Positions 17,721-27,769 of a stretch of DNA of 64,000 nt are shown here, piece after piece. The position numbers were made by a program, and so were the translations under genes. Position 1 is the first letter of the stretch, and each line of letters begins with the position of its first letter. This DNA comes from Candidatus Dadabacteria bacterium (GTDB lineage: Bacteria > Desulfobacterota_D > UBA1144 > Nemesobacterales > Nemesobacteraceae), in NCBI GenBank assembly GCA_022827275.1, contig JAJDTG010000010.1:22968-86967 (forward strand). The letters are read 5' to 3'. Below the pieces are notes generated by a model. The model searched no databases. It was not told where the DNA came from and was given only the letters and a program-made list of their open reading frames with translations.

Positions 17721-18773
17721 ATGACCGAACCGAAGCCCGAAAAGCTTTTTGTCTATGGAACCCTGCGAAAGGGCGGAACAAGAAGCAGGCACCTTGAGGG
17801 ATGCAAGCTGCTTCGGATGATGAAAGTTCCCGGAACTCTTTACCGTACGCCTTTCGGCTACCCGGCGGCTGTGTTTGATGAGACTTCCTCACTTGCTGTC
17901 CAGGGAGAACTTTATGAACTCCCCCCGGATTCCGAAGTTTTTATCGGAAACGTGGACCGCCTTGAAGGCGTGGATGAAAAACTCTTTTTAAGATCGGTTA
18001 TCCGCCAGGAGGAAGAGTCTTTTTATGTCTATGAACCCTGCCCGGAGCTTAGAAGTCAGATCAGCGATGCGGACATAATAAAAAGTGGCAACTGGTTCTC
18101 CCGTTCTGCCTTGTGCGGCGAAGACCCTTTTTCTTTTGCCGTCAGTTTTGAGAATATTCAGAAAAGGTATTACAGGATGCGTCCCGACGGTTACTCGGAA
18201 GAGAACATTCTTCTTGAAGGCACAGTTCCGGTTCTGGTTACCTGTCCGCACTCAACTGCTCACACGAGGATGGGAAAACTGAAACGTCATGAATTCTACA
18301 CCGCCGCTCTCGGTGCCGTGGCGCACTTGGTTCTCGGCTGCCACTGTCTTTACGCGAACAGGGAACAGGAAACGGACCCGAATTACTATGATGACTGCGA
18401 TTTTAAGACTGTGCTCGGGGAAATTCTGTCCAAGAGGAAGATAGATCTCGTCGTGGACATACACGGTACCGGGAACGAGAGGCCAGAGGACCTGTTTCCG
18501 GGCGTGGGGGTGGAGAGGGAATTTCTTCTTTCCGCACCTGATGTTCTTGACAAGTTTTATCTTGTTGCTGAGCAACATGGAATCGTGACCGGAAGCGCCG
18601 ATATATTCCCCGCGGCAAGACAGATGACCGTGGCCAAATTTGCTGCGAACCGATTTTCGGTTCCCGCGATCCAGGTTGAGATAAGCGACAGGCTAAGGAT
18701 GCCGTGGCGGCGGGAAGATGAGTTTCGCCGTCTGATCGGATTTTTTCTCGGGTTTCTTGAAAAAACGATCTAA
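17721..18773 (+). CDS. fusion protein: gamma-glutamylcyclotransferase (AIG2/GGACT)-like N-domain + N-formylglutamate-amidohydrolase-like C-domain
   Basis: N-terminus KLFVYGTLRKGG (GGCT fold motif); C-terminal half with VVDIHGTG resembling FGase-family D.HS motif. Confidence 0.45.
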   Translation: MTEPKPEKLFVYGTLRKGGTRSRHLEGCKLLRMMKVPGTLYRTPFGYPAAVFDETSSLAVQGELYELPPDSEVFIGNVDRLEGVDEKLFLRSVIRQEEESFYVYEPCPELRSQISDADIIKSGNWFSRSALCGEDPFSFAVSFENIQKRYYRMRPDGYSEENILLEGTVPVLVTCPHSTAHTRMGKLKRHEFYTAALGAVAHLVLGCHCLYANREQETDPNYYDDCDFKTVLGEILSKRKIDLVVDIHGTGNERPEDLFPGVGVEREFLLSAPDVLDKFYLVAEQHGIVTGSADIFPAARQMTVAKFAANRFSVPAIQVEISDRLRMPWRREDEFRRLIGFFLGFLEKTI

Positions 18774-18871
18774 GAGGGAATGGATAAAGGCAGATAAAAG
18801 AGGTCTCTCCGCGAGTTAAGACAAAAACGGAATATCAGGTTTAGCCCTCAAAGTGAACACTCCGAATATAA

Positions 18872-19705
18872 TTACTCGCACAGAATATCAAGCATTGGGT
18901 TCTCGGCTATGATTCCCTTTGCGTGGGCTTTCTCAAAAAGATACTCAAGCGCCCCGGTTCCGCTTTCACCAAGATTCCTGGTCCATTCATTCACGTACAT
19001 TAAAACGAACTTCTCCCCCGTGTCCTCGCTCATTCCCCTTCCAAAGCGCATCGCGTAATCAAGGGCCTCTTTTTTGTTTGAAAGGGCGTACTCTATGCTT
19101 TCTCTGTGTACCCTGAGAACTTCTGTGTCAAGTCCCTGGGGTATGTCCCTTCGAAGCACGTTAAGTCCAAGCGGCATCGGAAGATCGGTTTCCTCAGCCC
19201 ACATCACGCCGAGATCAAGCAGAAGCAGAAGCCCGGTTTCTTCGTAGGTGAGCTGCCCTTCATGTATAAGCAGTCCCGCGTCCACATTTCCTTCAAGAAC
19301 CTCATCCATAATTCCGTCAAAAGGCACTTCAACTGGTATAAAATCATCGGCGTAGAGACTCAGAAGAAGATATGCGGTAGTAAGCTTTCCGGGTACCGCG
19401 ACGGTTTTTCCCCTGAGGTCAGGAATTTTCTCCCTGGCGACCACTATGGGGCCGTAGCCTTTCCCCATGCTGGCCCCGCAGGATAGAATCCGGTAGCGGT
19501 CCTGCACGCTCAGGTATCCGTGGGCGGATATTGCCGTCACCTCAAGTTCCGCCCCCATGGCTCTTCTGTTAAGCGACTGTATGTCCTCGATCACGTGTTC
19601 AAAGTCGATTTCCCCGGAAGTCACTTTTCCGCTTGCTATGGCGTAGAACATAAACGCGTCGTCCGCGTCGGGACTGTGGCCCAGTTTCATGATTCGTTTT
19701 TCCAT
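18872..19705 (-). CDS. mqnD: 1,4-dihydroxy-6-naphthoate synthase (futalosine pathway)
   Basis: KLGHSPDADDAFMFYAI resembles MqnD LGxSPCPNDTFxFxAL. Confidence 0.6.
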   Translation of the reverse strand: MEKRIMKLGHSPDADDAFMFYAIASGKVTSGEIDFEHVIEDIQSLNRRAMGAELEVTAISAHGYLSVQDRYRILSCGASMGKGYGPIVVAREKIPDLRGKTVAVPGKLTTAYLLLSLYADDFIPVEVPFDGIMDEVLEGNVDAGLLIHEGQLTYEETGLLLLLDLGVMWAEETDLPMPLGLNVLRRDIPQGLDTEVLRVHRESIEYALSNKKEALDYAMRFGRGMSEDTGEKFVLMYVNEWTRNLGESGTGALEYLFEKAHAKGIIAENPMLDILCE

Positions 19706-19728
19706 TCTCGTCTCCTTTTGAATTTCGT

Positions 19729-20538
19729 CTACGACGGGTCTGCGTGAAAGTCGATTTCGTTTTTCTTCCCTATCTCTCCGAGCTCGAAAAGAAGGTCGCG
19801 ATACCTGATGAGCCCCTGCATCTTGGCATCATCAAGGTCGTACTTGATTCTTTTCTGAAGGTAGGTCGTGCACTGCTCCCTGCTGAGTCCCAGTTTCCGG
19901 GATTCGATATCCGCTATTTCCGGGATGAGTTCCACTCCTTTTTCTCTTGTTGAAACAAGGCACCTGCAGCCTTCTGCCGTAGCGCCGTCCCCCTTTCTTG
20001 TAGCCATCACCGCGTATACGAAGGGAAGAGACATCTCCTTTGTCCACAGTTCCCCTAAATCGTACGTAAAAAGAGAGTTGTCTGTACAGAGATGACGGAC
20101 CCCGAGGCCTGCGTTGCCGATCAGCATTCCCGCGTCGACTTCCTCAAGGAATCCGTTTCCCGGGCTTCTTTTTACGTATTGCGGCTTAAGACCCAGAAAC
20201 AGTTCGAGAACTATCCTCAGCAGGGCGGTTGAACTCCTTGACCTGCTGTCAACTGACACGCTTGTTATTTCCGTTATTTTCCTGCGCGACTTGAGCACTA
20301 CGCTATCCACCTTGCCGAAAGAGGATATGGAGATGCCGGGCAGAGCCGAGTAGGAGTCGGTTCTCAGGAATTCGGCCGAGGGAATGGGAGCGACATCCAC
20401 CACTCCTTCCGACAGGTTCTCCGAAAGCAGAGATGGGTCAAAATACATTATTTTGAATCTGTGTTCCACAAGGCCTTTTTCCAGAGGATATATAAGCGGC
20501 TTCATATTTAGAAAAGGCGCGGCGCCTAGATTTATCAA
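19729..20538 (-). CDS. mqnA: chorismate dehydratase (futalosine pathway)
   Basis: MINLGAAPFLNMKPLIYPL resembles MqnA LGxIxYLNxxPL; immediately upstream of mqnD. Confidence 0.6.
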   Translation of the reverse strand: MINLGAAPFLNMKPLIYPLEKGLVEHRFKIMYFDPSLLSENLSEGVVDVAPIPSAEFLRTDSYSALPGISISSFGKVDSVVLKSRRKITEITSVSVDSRSRSSTALLRIVLELFLGLKPQYVKRSPGNGFLEEVDAGMLIGNAGLGVRHLCTDNSLFTYDLGELWTKEMSLPFVYAVMATRKGDGATAEGCRCLVSTREKGVELIPEIADIESRKLGLSREQCTTYLQKRIKYDLDDAKMQGLIRYRDLLFELGEIGKKNEIDFHADPS

Positions 20539-20560
20539 TGAGTGTTCCCCCTTTTTTCCT

Positions 20561-21631
20561 TCACAGATCTATCCCCCGGACTTCCTCGCCTTTTGTCCAC
20601 CTGCTCGGAAGAAATATCTTCTGATAAAGCGCAAGCGCGTAGAGATCCGACATTCCCGCTATGAAGTCGCACACGGTTCTCTCAAGGGTCTCCCTTTCCC
20701 GCGCGGGCGTTTTGCAGAAATTCTCCCGGAACACTTTCTCGTTCTCGCAGAAGTAGAGATACAGCTCCTTTACCACCTTCTTGGACTTTTCGTGAAGAGA
20801 GAGCAGCCGCTTGCTTGTGTAGACATTCTCATAGAGATAGGTTCTGAGTCCCATAAGCGCCTCCAGCACCTCCTCGCTCATAAGCACTCTCTTGAGTTCT
20901 CCCTCCATGGTCTGCTCCACGATATCTACCACCATGGTGTTTATCCGTCGCGAGGCGGTCTCTCCGAGGATCGAAATGTATTTTTCGGGTATGTCGCCGG
21001 GCGATATGATGCCGGAGCGGATAGCGTCATCAAGATCGTGATTGGCGTAGGCCACGAGATCCGAGATCTTGGTTACCTGGCCTTCAAGGGTAAGCGGTCT
21101 GTTCTCCTCCGTGTCTATTCCCTCCTTGCCCCATCCCTTGGAATGTTTCGCTATTCCGTCCCTGACTTCATGCGTCAGGTTGAGTCCCTCTCCGTCGCGC
21201 TCAAGTACGTCAATGATTCTCATGCTCTGGCGCACGTGTTTGAATCCGCCGGGAAACACCTCGTTCAGTCCCGCTTCCCCGGAATGGCCGAATGGGGTGT
21301 GACCGAGGTCGTGGCCGAGTGCTATGGCTTCGGTCAGGTCCTCATTGAGCACAAGCGCTCTGGATATGGTCCTCGCTATCTGGGAGACCTCTATTACGTG
21401 CGTGAGCCTGGTGCGGTAGTGATCGTTTGTGGGGGAGATGAACACCTGGGTTTTATGCTTGAGTCTTCGAAACGCCTTGGAGTGGATTACCCTGTCACGG
21501 TCCCTCTGAAAGCATGTCCTTATGTCGCATTCGTGCTCGGGCCTCGCCCTGCCTCTTGACTCGCAGCTCAAAGCCGCCATCGGGTTCAGCAGCCTTTTCT
21601 CGTTTTTCTCGGTCTGTTTTCGTATAAGCAA
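20561..21631 (-). CDS. dgt: dGTP triphosphohydrolase-like HD-domain protein
   Basis: HDLGHTPFGH HD motif and dGTPase-family N-terminus (RTCFQRDRDRVIHSKAFRRLKHKTQVF). Confidence 0.8.
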   Translation of the reverse strand: MLIRKQTEKNEKRLLNPMAALSCESRGRARPEHECDIRTCFQRDRDRVIHSKAFRRLKHKTQVFISPTNDHYRTRLTHVIEVSQIARTISRALVLNEDLTEAIALGHDLGHTPFGHSGEAGLNEVFPGGFKHVRQSMRIIDVLERDGEGLNLTHEVRDGIAKHSKGWGKEGIDTEENRPLTLEGQVTKISDLVAYANHDLDDAIRSGIISPGDIPEKYISILGETASRRINTMVVDIVEQTMEGELKRVLMSEEVLEALMGLRTYLYENVYTSKRLLSLHEKSKKVVKELYLYFCENEKVFRENFCKTPARERETLERTVCDFIAGMSDLYALALYQKIFLPSRWTKGEEVRGIDL

Positions 21632-21649
21632 GATTTCTCTTCCCTCTTT

Positions 21650-22411
21650 TTACGGAACTCTTACAACCACTCCCCTCTCCGCGAGAAACTCCTTCGCCTC
21701 GCTTATCGAGTACTTGCCGTAGTGAAAGATCGACGCGCAGAGAACCGCGTCCGCACATCCCCTCTCTACGGCTTCAAGCAGGTGCTCAAGCTCCCCAGCT
21801 CCCCCGGAGGCTATTACCGGGATGCCTACAGTTTCCGAGATGGCTGCCGTGAGTGAAAGGTCGTATCCGTCCTCGGTTCCATCCCTGTCCATGCTCGTTA
21901 GAAGTATCTCTCCCGCTCCGAAGCTCTCCATCTTCGCAGCCCACCCGACGGCGTCTATTCCGGTCGGATTGCGCCCCCCGTGGGTAAACACCTCCCATCC
22001 CCCGCCCTCCTTTCTTCTCGCGTCTATGGCGACGACTATGCACTGGCTTCCAAACCTCGCCGAAGCGCGCCTTACGAATTCCGGCTCCGCTATTGCCGCC
22101 GTGTTGATCGCGACTTTGTCCGCCCCCGCGAGCAGAAGTTCCCTTACGTCCTGCACCGTCCTCAGGCCCCCTCCCACTGTGAGGGGAACGAAGACCTCGC
22201 TTGCGGTCCGCTTGACCACGTCTATCATTGTTTTTCTTTTTTCATGGGACGCCGTGATGTCGAGAAACGTTATTTCGTCCGCTCCCTGTTCGCTGTACTT
22301 TTTGGCCACCTCGACGGGATCCCCGGCATCCCTGAGGTTAACGAACTGAACCCCCTTCACCACTCTTCCGTCCTTTACGTCAAGACACGGAATTATCCGT
22401 TTTGAAACCAT
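21650..22411 (-). CDS. hisF: imidazole glycerol phosphate synthase cyclase subunit
   Basis: [18 protein letters not shown]-terminus, (beta/alpha)8 HisF family. Confidence 0.9.
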   Translation of the reverse strand: MVSKRIIPCLDVKDGRVVKGVQFVNLRDAGDPVEVAKKYSEQGADEITFLDITASHEKRKTMIDVVKRTASEVFVPLTVGGGLRTVQDVRELLLAGADKVAINTAAIAEPEFVRRASARFGSQCIVVAIDARRKEGGGWEVFTHGGRNPTGIDAVGWAAKMESFGAGEILLTSMDRDGTEDGYDLSLTAAISETVGIPVIASGGAGELEHLLEAVERGCADAVLCASIFHYGKYSISEAKEFLAERGVVVRVP

Positions 22412-22412
22412 C

Positions 22413-23135
22413 TCACTGAAACCTTCTTATGGCGTCTTCGAGGTCAACAGAACCCGAGTAAAGCGATTTTCCGAGTATAGCTCCGACAAGGTTCGCATCT
22501 CCGACTGACTGTATTTTTTCAAGGTCGTCAAGCGACGCGATGCCGCCTGAAACGATTACCGGAAGGGGGCACACGGAAAGAAAGTCTCTTACCGAAGCCG
22601 TGTCGGTTCCTTCCATGGTTCCGTCCCTGTCAACATTCGTGTGAATCACAAGCGATACGCCCATGTCGCGGAACTCAAGCATCGTCCGCTCAACGGATGT
22701 GTCTATTGTTTCCTTCCATCCCCGAAGGGCTATCTTCCCGCCCTTGGTGTCGACCCCGACGGCTATTCTGCCTGGAAACCTCCCGCATATATTCTCAAGA
22801 AACTTCCTGTCGGTAAAAGCCGAAGTGCCTATTATCACTCTTTTGATCCCGATTTCGAGATATCTTTCCACCGTGGCTGTGTTCCTTATCCCTCCTCCCA
22901 CCTGGACGTTTGAGGAAACGGAGCGGACTACCTGCCGCACGGCTTCGAAATTTCCGGGGTCTCCCCTGAAGGCCCCGTCAAGGTCCACTACGTGAATCCA
23001 TTCGGCTCCGCCGCTCTCCCACTTTTTCGCGGTATTCGGAGGGCTGTCTGAAAACACGGTCTCCGTGCCTTCTTCTCCTCTGAGGAGCCGCACGCAGTTT
23101 CCGTTTTTCAAGTCTATTGCAGGAATTATGAGCAA
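22413..23135 (-). CDS. hisA: ProFAR isomerase
   Basis: [18 protein letters not shown]-terminus; directly upstream of hisF. Confidence 0.9.
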   Translation of the reverse strand: MLIIPAIDLKNGNCVRLLRGEEGTETVFSDSPPNTAKKWESGGAEWIHVVDLDGAFRGDPGNFEAVRQVVRSVSSNVQVGGGIRNTATVERYLEIGIKRVIIGTSAFTDRKFLENICGRFPGRIAVGVDTKGGKIALRGWKETIDTSVERTMLEFRDMGVSLVIHTNVDRDGTMEGTDTASVRDFLSVCPLPVIVSGGIASLDDLEKIQSVGDANLVGAILGKSLYSGSVDLEDAIRRFQ

Positions 23136-23460
23136 TTCAGAACCTCATTTAACTGAAAACCACGGGAAATAGTACACAAGCGGGAAGCGGATTATAAGGA
23201 TTTTCTCGAAAAAATATCGATTCAACCTGCTTCAGTCTCGAGAATTACGCGATATTTTTCCCCTGATTTACCTGAGCGTAAACCTGTGTGATTCAAGTTC
23301 GTTTATTGGCCTTATCCTTTTAACGTTATGGTTTTCAATCAAAGAAGGATCCCCCGCGGACATTTTTAACTTTTTGCGGGGTTGTTTTATCCTCAACCCC
23401 GTGGCAATATTTCAACTTGCCGTTTCGGCGGTGTTTAATATCTTTAAGTCTTAAGGAGGT

Positions 23461-24006
23461 ATGATTACGATGGACAATCCATACCGCATTGGGCTATGGA
23501 GTTTTGCCTTAGGGGTCTTTCTGATTTTTCTGGTTGCGGGCTGCGGGGGCGGGGGCGGCAGTGACGGCGGCGAAGAACCTGCTGCTCCTGTTATGCCTCC
23601 TCAACCGGCTGGGAATCTTGTTCTCAGGCTTGCTGACACCGAGGACTTGATGAAACTTGAGGTGGAACAGGATTATTTCGGTGAAGTATATACGGGAACC
23701 TACACCGCTTCTGACGGCGTATCCATAGACGTATGGGTTTCCATCCGCGAACCTAACGCGCAAATCGGCACGGTCCCCCGCCTAGGCGTTACGATTCAGG
23801 GTGGAACGGGGGGCTCTGTTACCGAACTGCTTGGCGACGATAGAGGAGCGCATACTTTGTGGGTTGTCATAAATTACCGCGGGTCGAACCTTACTGATAT
23901 TAATAACCCTGAATGGGAGTGTGCACCGGGCGCAGAATTCATTTCCTGTCTCAAAAAACACGCTATTTTCAGCAAAATCAACCCTAAACTCCGCGCAGGA
24001 TGCTAA
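23461..24006 (+). CDS. lipoprotein, N-terminal portion (possibly 5' part of a frameshifted longer gene)
   Basis: Lipobox LVAGC after signal peptide, Gly/Ser-rich linker; ORF ends inside overlap with next frame. Confidence 0.5.
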   Translation: MITMDNPYRIGLWSFALGVFLIFLVAGCGGGGGSDGGEEPAAPVMPPQPAGNLVLRLADTEDLMKLEVEQDYFGEVYTGTYTASDGVSIDVWVSIREPNAQIGTVPRLGVTIQGGTGGSVTELLGDDRGAHTLWVVINYRGSNLTDINNPEWECAPGAEFISCLKKHAIFSKINPKLRAGC

Positions 24007-24019
24007 TTCCGTAATACGC

Positions 24020-25168
24020 ATGTTTGCAGAAGATGAGGAGATTACTGTTGGCGGCCAGAAGATGAAGGCGTCTGAATTTCTGCCTTCCGACACGAAGCTC
24101 TCTCCGGTAAATCTCTATACAAGTTCATTCGGAGGTGTCATAGTTGGCTACATGCTTGCGGAGGATAACCGCCCGCAGCTGCACAACGTCTTTTTTGAGC
24201 AGGTGACGGCCCCGGGAGAGCATCCGATATCAGCCGGCCTAAACAACGCCGCGCGCATGATGGACATTCTTTTCGAAGCTTGCGAAGACGATTCTTCATG
24301 TATGGATGCCTATCCGGACATACGGGTAAATTTCCGCAATTTTATGAACGACCATCACTCAGATCCGATTCGGATTGACGACGAGATGGTTTACGCGGGA
24401 GGGGTTTTTGACAGGATTGTTCATCTTGTTGAGGAAGAAAGAAAGGTAGGGACGGCGATAAGATATATTGGAGAGATCGCAAACGCACACGCTGCAGACA
24501 AAACCGTAACCAGAATCAATACCGGATACGGACCGGGAGAATACCAGAGCCTGTCCGGCGAACATCCGAGGGAAACATATGGTCTTCCAAATCTTGACGG
24601 GGACGAAGCCAGATGGGCTGACCTCCTGAGAGGAGAGGGCGGATTCTTTCCGGGAATAACAAACCGTACGGGCATGATCTGCTCTTTTGGGATAAACAGG
24701 GCGGATGATCCTGACAGTCTTTCCCGTTATGAAAAAGTGGAGGATATGGAGTTGCCCGGGGACAGCGGCGGAACCAAGGATGCGTTCGGATACGGTTTTC
24801 TGGTCAGCTACAAGACATATCTCAGCGTCTGTCCGAAGTTGATTGAGGAGACCGGAGGGCTCAGGCTGCCTGAAGTTTCAGGTGTCGAGGCTGAAAACGT
24901 GATTGTTTACAGGGGAGGTCTTGATATAAAGCATTATTTCAATCAGGATCCTGATCGGGATGAAATCATGGCTTATTTTTCGGACTCGCCCGGTCACCGC
25001 CGCATTATCACTCACAGGTTCCTCGGCCAGGCGGCTGGACAAGACAGTGGGTGTTTGGGGGAAATCCAGAAAAAATTCTGGAGAGCCGATGATACTACGG
25101 AACAAAGCCTCGGCGATAATTGCGAAGAAAGCAACGATTTCACCGCGAGCGAACTCTCCGGGTGGTGA
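24020..25168 (+). CDS. hypothetical protein (possibly 3' part of the same lipoprotein gene)
   Basis: Open frame extends upstream to 23921, overlapping the preceding ORF by 86 nt in another frame; first in-frame ATG at 24020. Confidence 0.45.
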   Translation: MFAEDEEITVGGQKMKASEFLPSDTKLSPVNLYTSSFGGVIVGYMLAEDNRPQLHNVFFEQVTAPGEHPISAGLNNAARMMDILFEACEDDSSCMDAYPDIRVNFRNFMNDHHSDPIRIDDEMVYAGGVFDRIVHLVEEERKVGTAIRYIGEIANAHAADKTVTRINTGYGPGEYQSLSGEHPRETYGLPNLDGDEARWADLLRGEGGFFPGITNRTGMICSFGINRADDPDSLSRYEKVEDMELPGDSGGTKDAFGYGFLVSYKTYLSVCPKLIEETGGLRLPEVSGVEAENVIVYRGGLDIKHYFNQDPDRDEIMAYFSDSPGHRRIITHRFLGQAAGQDSGCLGEIQKKFWRADDTTEQSLGDNCEESNDFTASELSGW

Positions 25169-25232
25169 TTCTTGCCGCGGGTCAGGACTGATATGGTAAC
25201 GCCCAGTTCAGGTCCGCCCATAATTTGGAACG

Positions 25233-25646
25233 ATGAACTACTGGCTTGTTAAATCAGAACCGTTTAAGTATTCGTGGGAGGACTTTCTTCAGGACGGATG
25301 GACATACTGGGACGGAGTAAGAAACTATCAGGCTAGGAATAACCTTAAGAATATGAAAAAGGGTGATCAGGTTCTTTTCTACCACAGCAACAAGGGCCTT
25401 GAAGTGGTAGGCATATCCGAGGTCATAAGGGAATATTACCAGGACCCCACGACGGAAGACGAAAGGTGGGTCGTGGTTGACCTGAAGCCCGTGGAAACGC
25501 TGGAGAATCCTGTATCTCTCAAACAGATAAAGAACGAAGAAAGACTTGAGGGCATCTCCCTTGTGAGGCAGAGCAGACTTTCAGTCATGCAGATTGAAAA
25601 GAAGCATTTTGATGTAATCGTCAAGCTTGGAAGAAAAAGCTCCTGA
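25233..25646 (+). CDS. EVE (PUA-like) domain protein
   Basis: MNYWLVKSEPFKYSWEDF...GDQVLFYHSN matches EVE-domain consensus. Confidence 0.75.
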   Translation: MNYWLVKSEPFKYSWEDFLQDGWTYWDGVRNYQARNNLKNMKKGDQVLFYHSNKGLEVVGISEVIREYYQDPTTEDERWVVVDLKPVETLENPVSLKQIKNEERLEGISLVRQSRLSVMQIEKKHFDVIVKLGRKSS

Positions 25647-25816
25647 CTTCCGCGAGAATTCGTAAAAACCGTTTCCTCCCGCATACAGTTCGCCGGAGAG
25701 ATCCGTTTCGGCGGGACGCTGAACGGAAGTTTCATGCGGCTGGCGAACCTGATTTTTTCACATCGGTCTCTTGCGGTTATATTAATCTGGATAACTGATT
25801 TATATTTCAACATCCT

Positions 25817-27310
25817 ATGAATACCCAACTTATCATCAACTCGCTTTTTAATGAAACGAGGATAGCGGTCTTGGAGAAAAGCAGACTGATTGAGCTTTTC
25901 ATCGAAAGAAAATCCAACTCTTCAATGGTGGGCAACATTTACAAGGGGAAAGTTGAAAAAATAGTCCCCGGAGTGCAGGCGGCATTTGTTGGCATGGGAG
26001 ACGGCAGGTCCGGGTTTCTCTCTGCCGAGGATGTGTATGAGGAATCGCTTAGCGAACTTTTTCTTGAAGAGGAAATGACAAAAAAGACATCCAGAAAAAA
26101 CCACCAGCCCATACAGAATGTCCTGCGTCAGGGTCAGGAAGTCATGGTTCAGGTTACAAAGGAACCCACCGGAAACAAAGGTCCCAAGCTTACTTCTCAC
26201 GTAGGCATACCGGGCAAGTATCTTGTTCTGCTTCCCGGGTCAGACTCGGTGAACCTGTCCCGCAAAATAACGGACAGAAAAAGCAGGAAGAGATTTTCCG
26301 AGATCATGCGGAATAAACCCGAAGACATGGGATTTATAGTAAGAACGGCGTGTGTGGAAGCGGAGGAGAAAAATATAAAGACCGAGATGAAAGCGCTTGT
26401 GAGGAAGTGGAGAAGGATAAAGAAAAAATATGAAGAATCGAAAAACCCAGGCGCGATATATGAAGAAGCCGATACATGTATTAGGGTCATCAGGGACCTG
26501 ATGGGAAACGGCCTTAAGAAAATTGTCGTTGACTCCCCCAAAGCCCACGGTCGGATCACCAAGTACTTTTCCGACAAGATTAAGAAAGATGGTTTCAGAG
26601 TCGATATATACGATAAAGAAGAACCCATATTCGACAGATACGGAATCGAGAGCCAGATCGAAAAAATGTACAGAAAAAAGGTCTGGATGAAGTCGGGAGG
26701 TTACCTGATCATAGACGAGGCTGAAGGGCTCACTGTGATAGATGTTAACTCTGGCAAACTCGTAGGAGAGGAATTTCACAAGAAAACAATAATGAAAACG
26801 AATGAAGAAGCCGCAGTTGAAGCCGCAAGGCAGATAAGGCTTCGCAATCTGGTCGGAATCATAGTTATCGATTTCATAGACATGCAGTCTGTTAGATCCA
26901 GAAAGAAGGTAGAGTCTCTTTTCACGGATGAAATGAAAAAAGATAAAGCGAGGACCACGATCCAGGAAATATCGTCTTTCAGCGTAATCCAGCTTACCAG
27001 GCGCAGAGTCAGGGAAAGCATACTTTCCGACTTGACCGAACCCTGCGATACCTGCGAGGGAAGAGGGCGGATAAAGTCAATATACACCACCTGTTACGAG
27101 ATACTGAGGGATATTGATCAATGGACAAGGCAGAGCGCTGAAGGACCTCTTGTTGTGCAGGCCAACAAGAAGGTCATAGCGAAACTCAGAGAAATAGAAG
27201 GAAGAGCCATAAGAAGAATCCAGCGGGAGAGGGGTGTAAAGATAAAATTCAAACCGACTGAAGATATTTTCGAGAGGTTCACAATTTCCAGGGAAGGAAA
27301 TTCCGATTAG
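25817..27310 (+). CDS. rng: ribonuclease G/E family (Rne/Rng)
   Basis: S1 domain (VGNIYKGKVEKIVPGVQAAFV), catalytic-domain DNase-I-like region, CxxC Zn-link. Confidence 0.85.
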   Translation: MNTQLIINSLFNETRIAVLEKSRLIELFIERKSNSSMVGNIYKGKVEKIVPGVQAAFVGMGDGRSGFLSAEDVYEESLSELFLEEEMTKKTSRKNHQPIQNVLRQGQEVMVQVTKEPTGNKGPKLTSHVGIPGKYLVLLPGSDSVNLSRKITDRKSRKRFSEIMRNKPEDMGFIVRTACVEAEEKNIKTEMKALVRKWRRIKKKYEESKNPGAIYEEADTCIRVIRDLMGNGLKKIVVDSPKAHGRITKYFSDKIKKDGFRVDIYDKEEPIFDRYGIESQIEKMYRKKVWMKSGGYLIIDEAEGLTVIDVNSGKLVGEEFHKKTIMKTNEEAAVEAARQIRLRNLVGIIVIDFIDMQSVRSRKKVESLFTDEMKKDKARTTIQEISSFSVIQLTRRRVRESILSDLTEPCDTCEGRGRIKSIYTTCYEILRDIDQWTRQSAEGPLVVQANKKVIAKLREIEGRAIRRIQRERGVKIKFKPTEDIFERFTISREGNSD

Positions 27311-27329
27311 TTGAAAGGAGCATTCTAAG

Positions 27330-27752
27330 TTGAGTGAAAACGGATTTCTTTATCATGTGGCGATTGCCGTGAAAGATATCGAGAAGGCTGAAGATATCTA
27401 CTCCAAGCTACTCGGGCTTCGGGTTGTCCACAGAGAGGACGTGGTCAACTATGGGGTCAAGACATCGATGCTCTGCTCCGAATCGGAAGAGGGTACTGCT
27501 GTAGAACTTATCGAACCTTTGGACGAGAATTCCCCGATTTCGCAGTTCCTTGAGAAAAGAGGGGAGGGCGTTCATCACATCTGCTTTCTTGTGGACGATG
27601 TTGAGGCTTCTCTGCGGGCCCTTGAAAAAGAAGGAGTCAGGCTTATTGATAAACATCCGCGGCCCGGATCTTACAACTGCAAAGTCGCCTTCATACATCC
27701 AAAGTCGATGAACGGAGTGCTGGTAGAGCTTGCCGAGAAGATAAGGGAGTGA
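27330..27752 (+). CDS. methylmalonyl-CoA epimerase / VOC (glyoxalase) family protein
   Basis: LYHVAIAVKDIEKAEDIYSKLLG and HHICFLVDDVEA VOC motifs. Confidence 0.7.
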   Translation: MSENGFLYHVAIAVKDIEKAEDIYSKLLGLRVVHREDVVNYGVKTSMLCSESEEGTAVELIEPLDENSPISQFLEKRGEGVHHICFLVDDVEASLRALEKEGVRLIDKHPRPGSYNCKVAFIHPKSMNGVLVELAEKIRE

Positions 27753-27769
27753 GAAGAGCGCGTCCCCGG

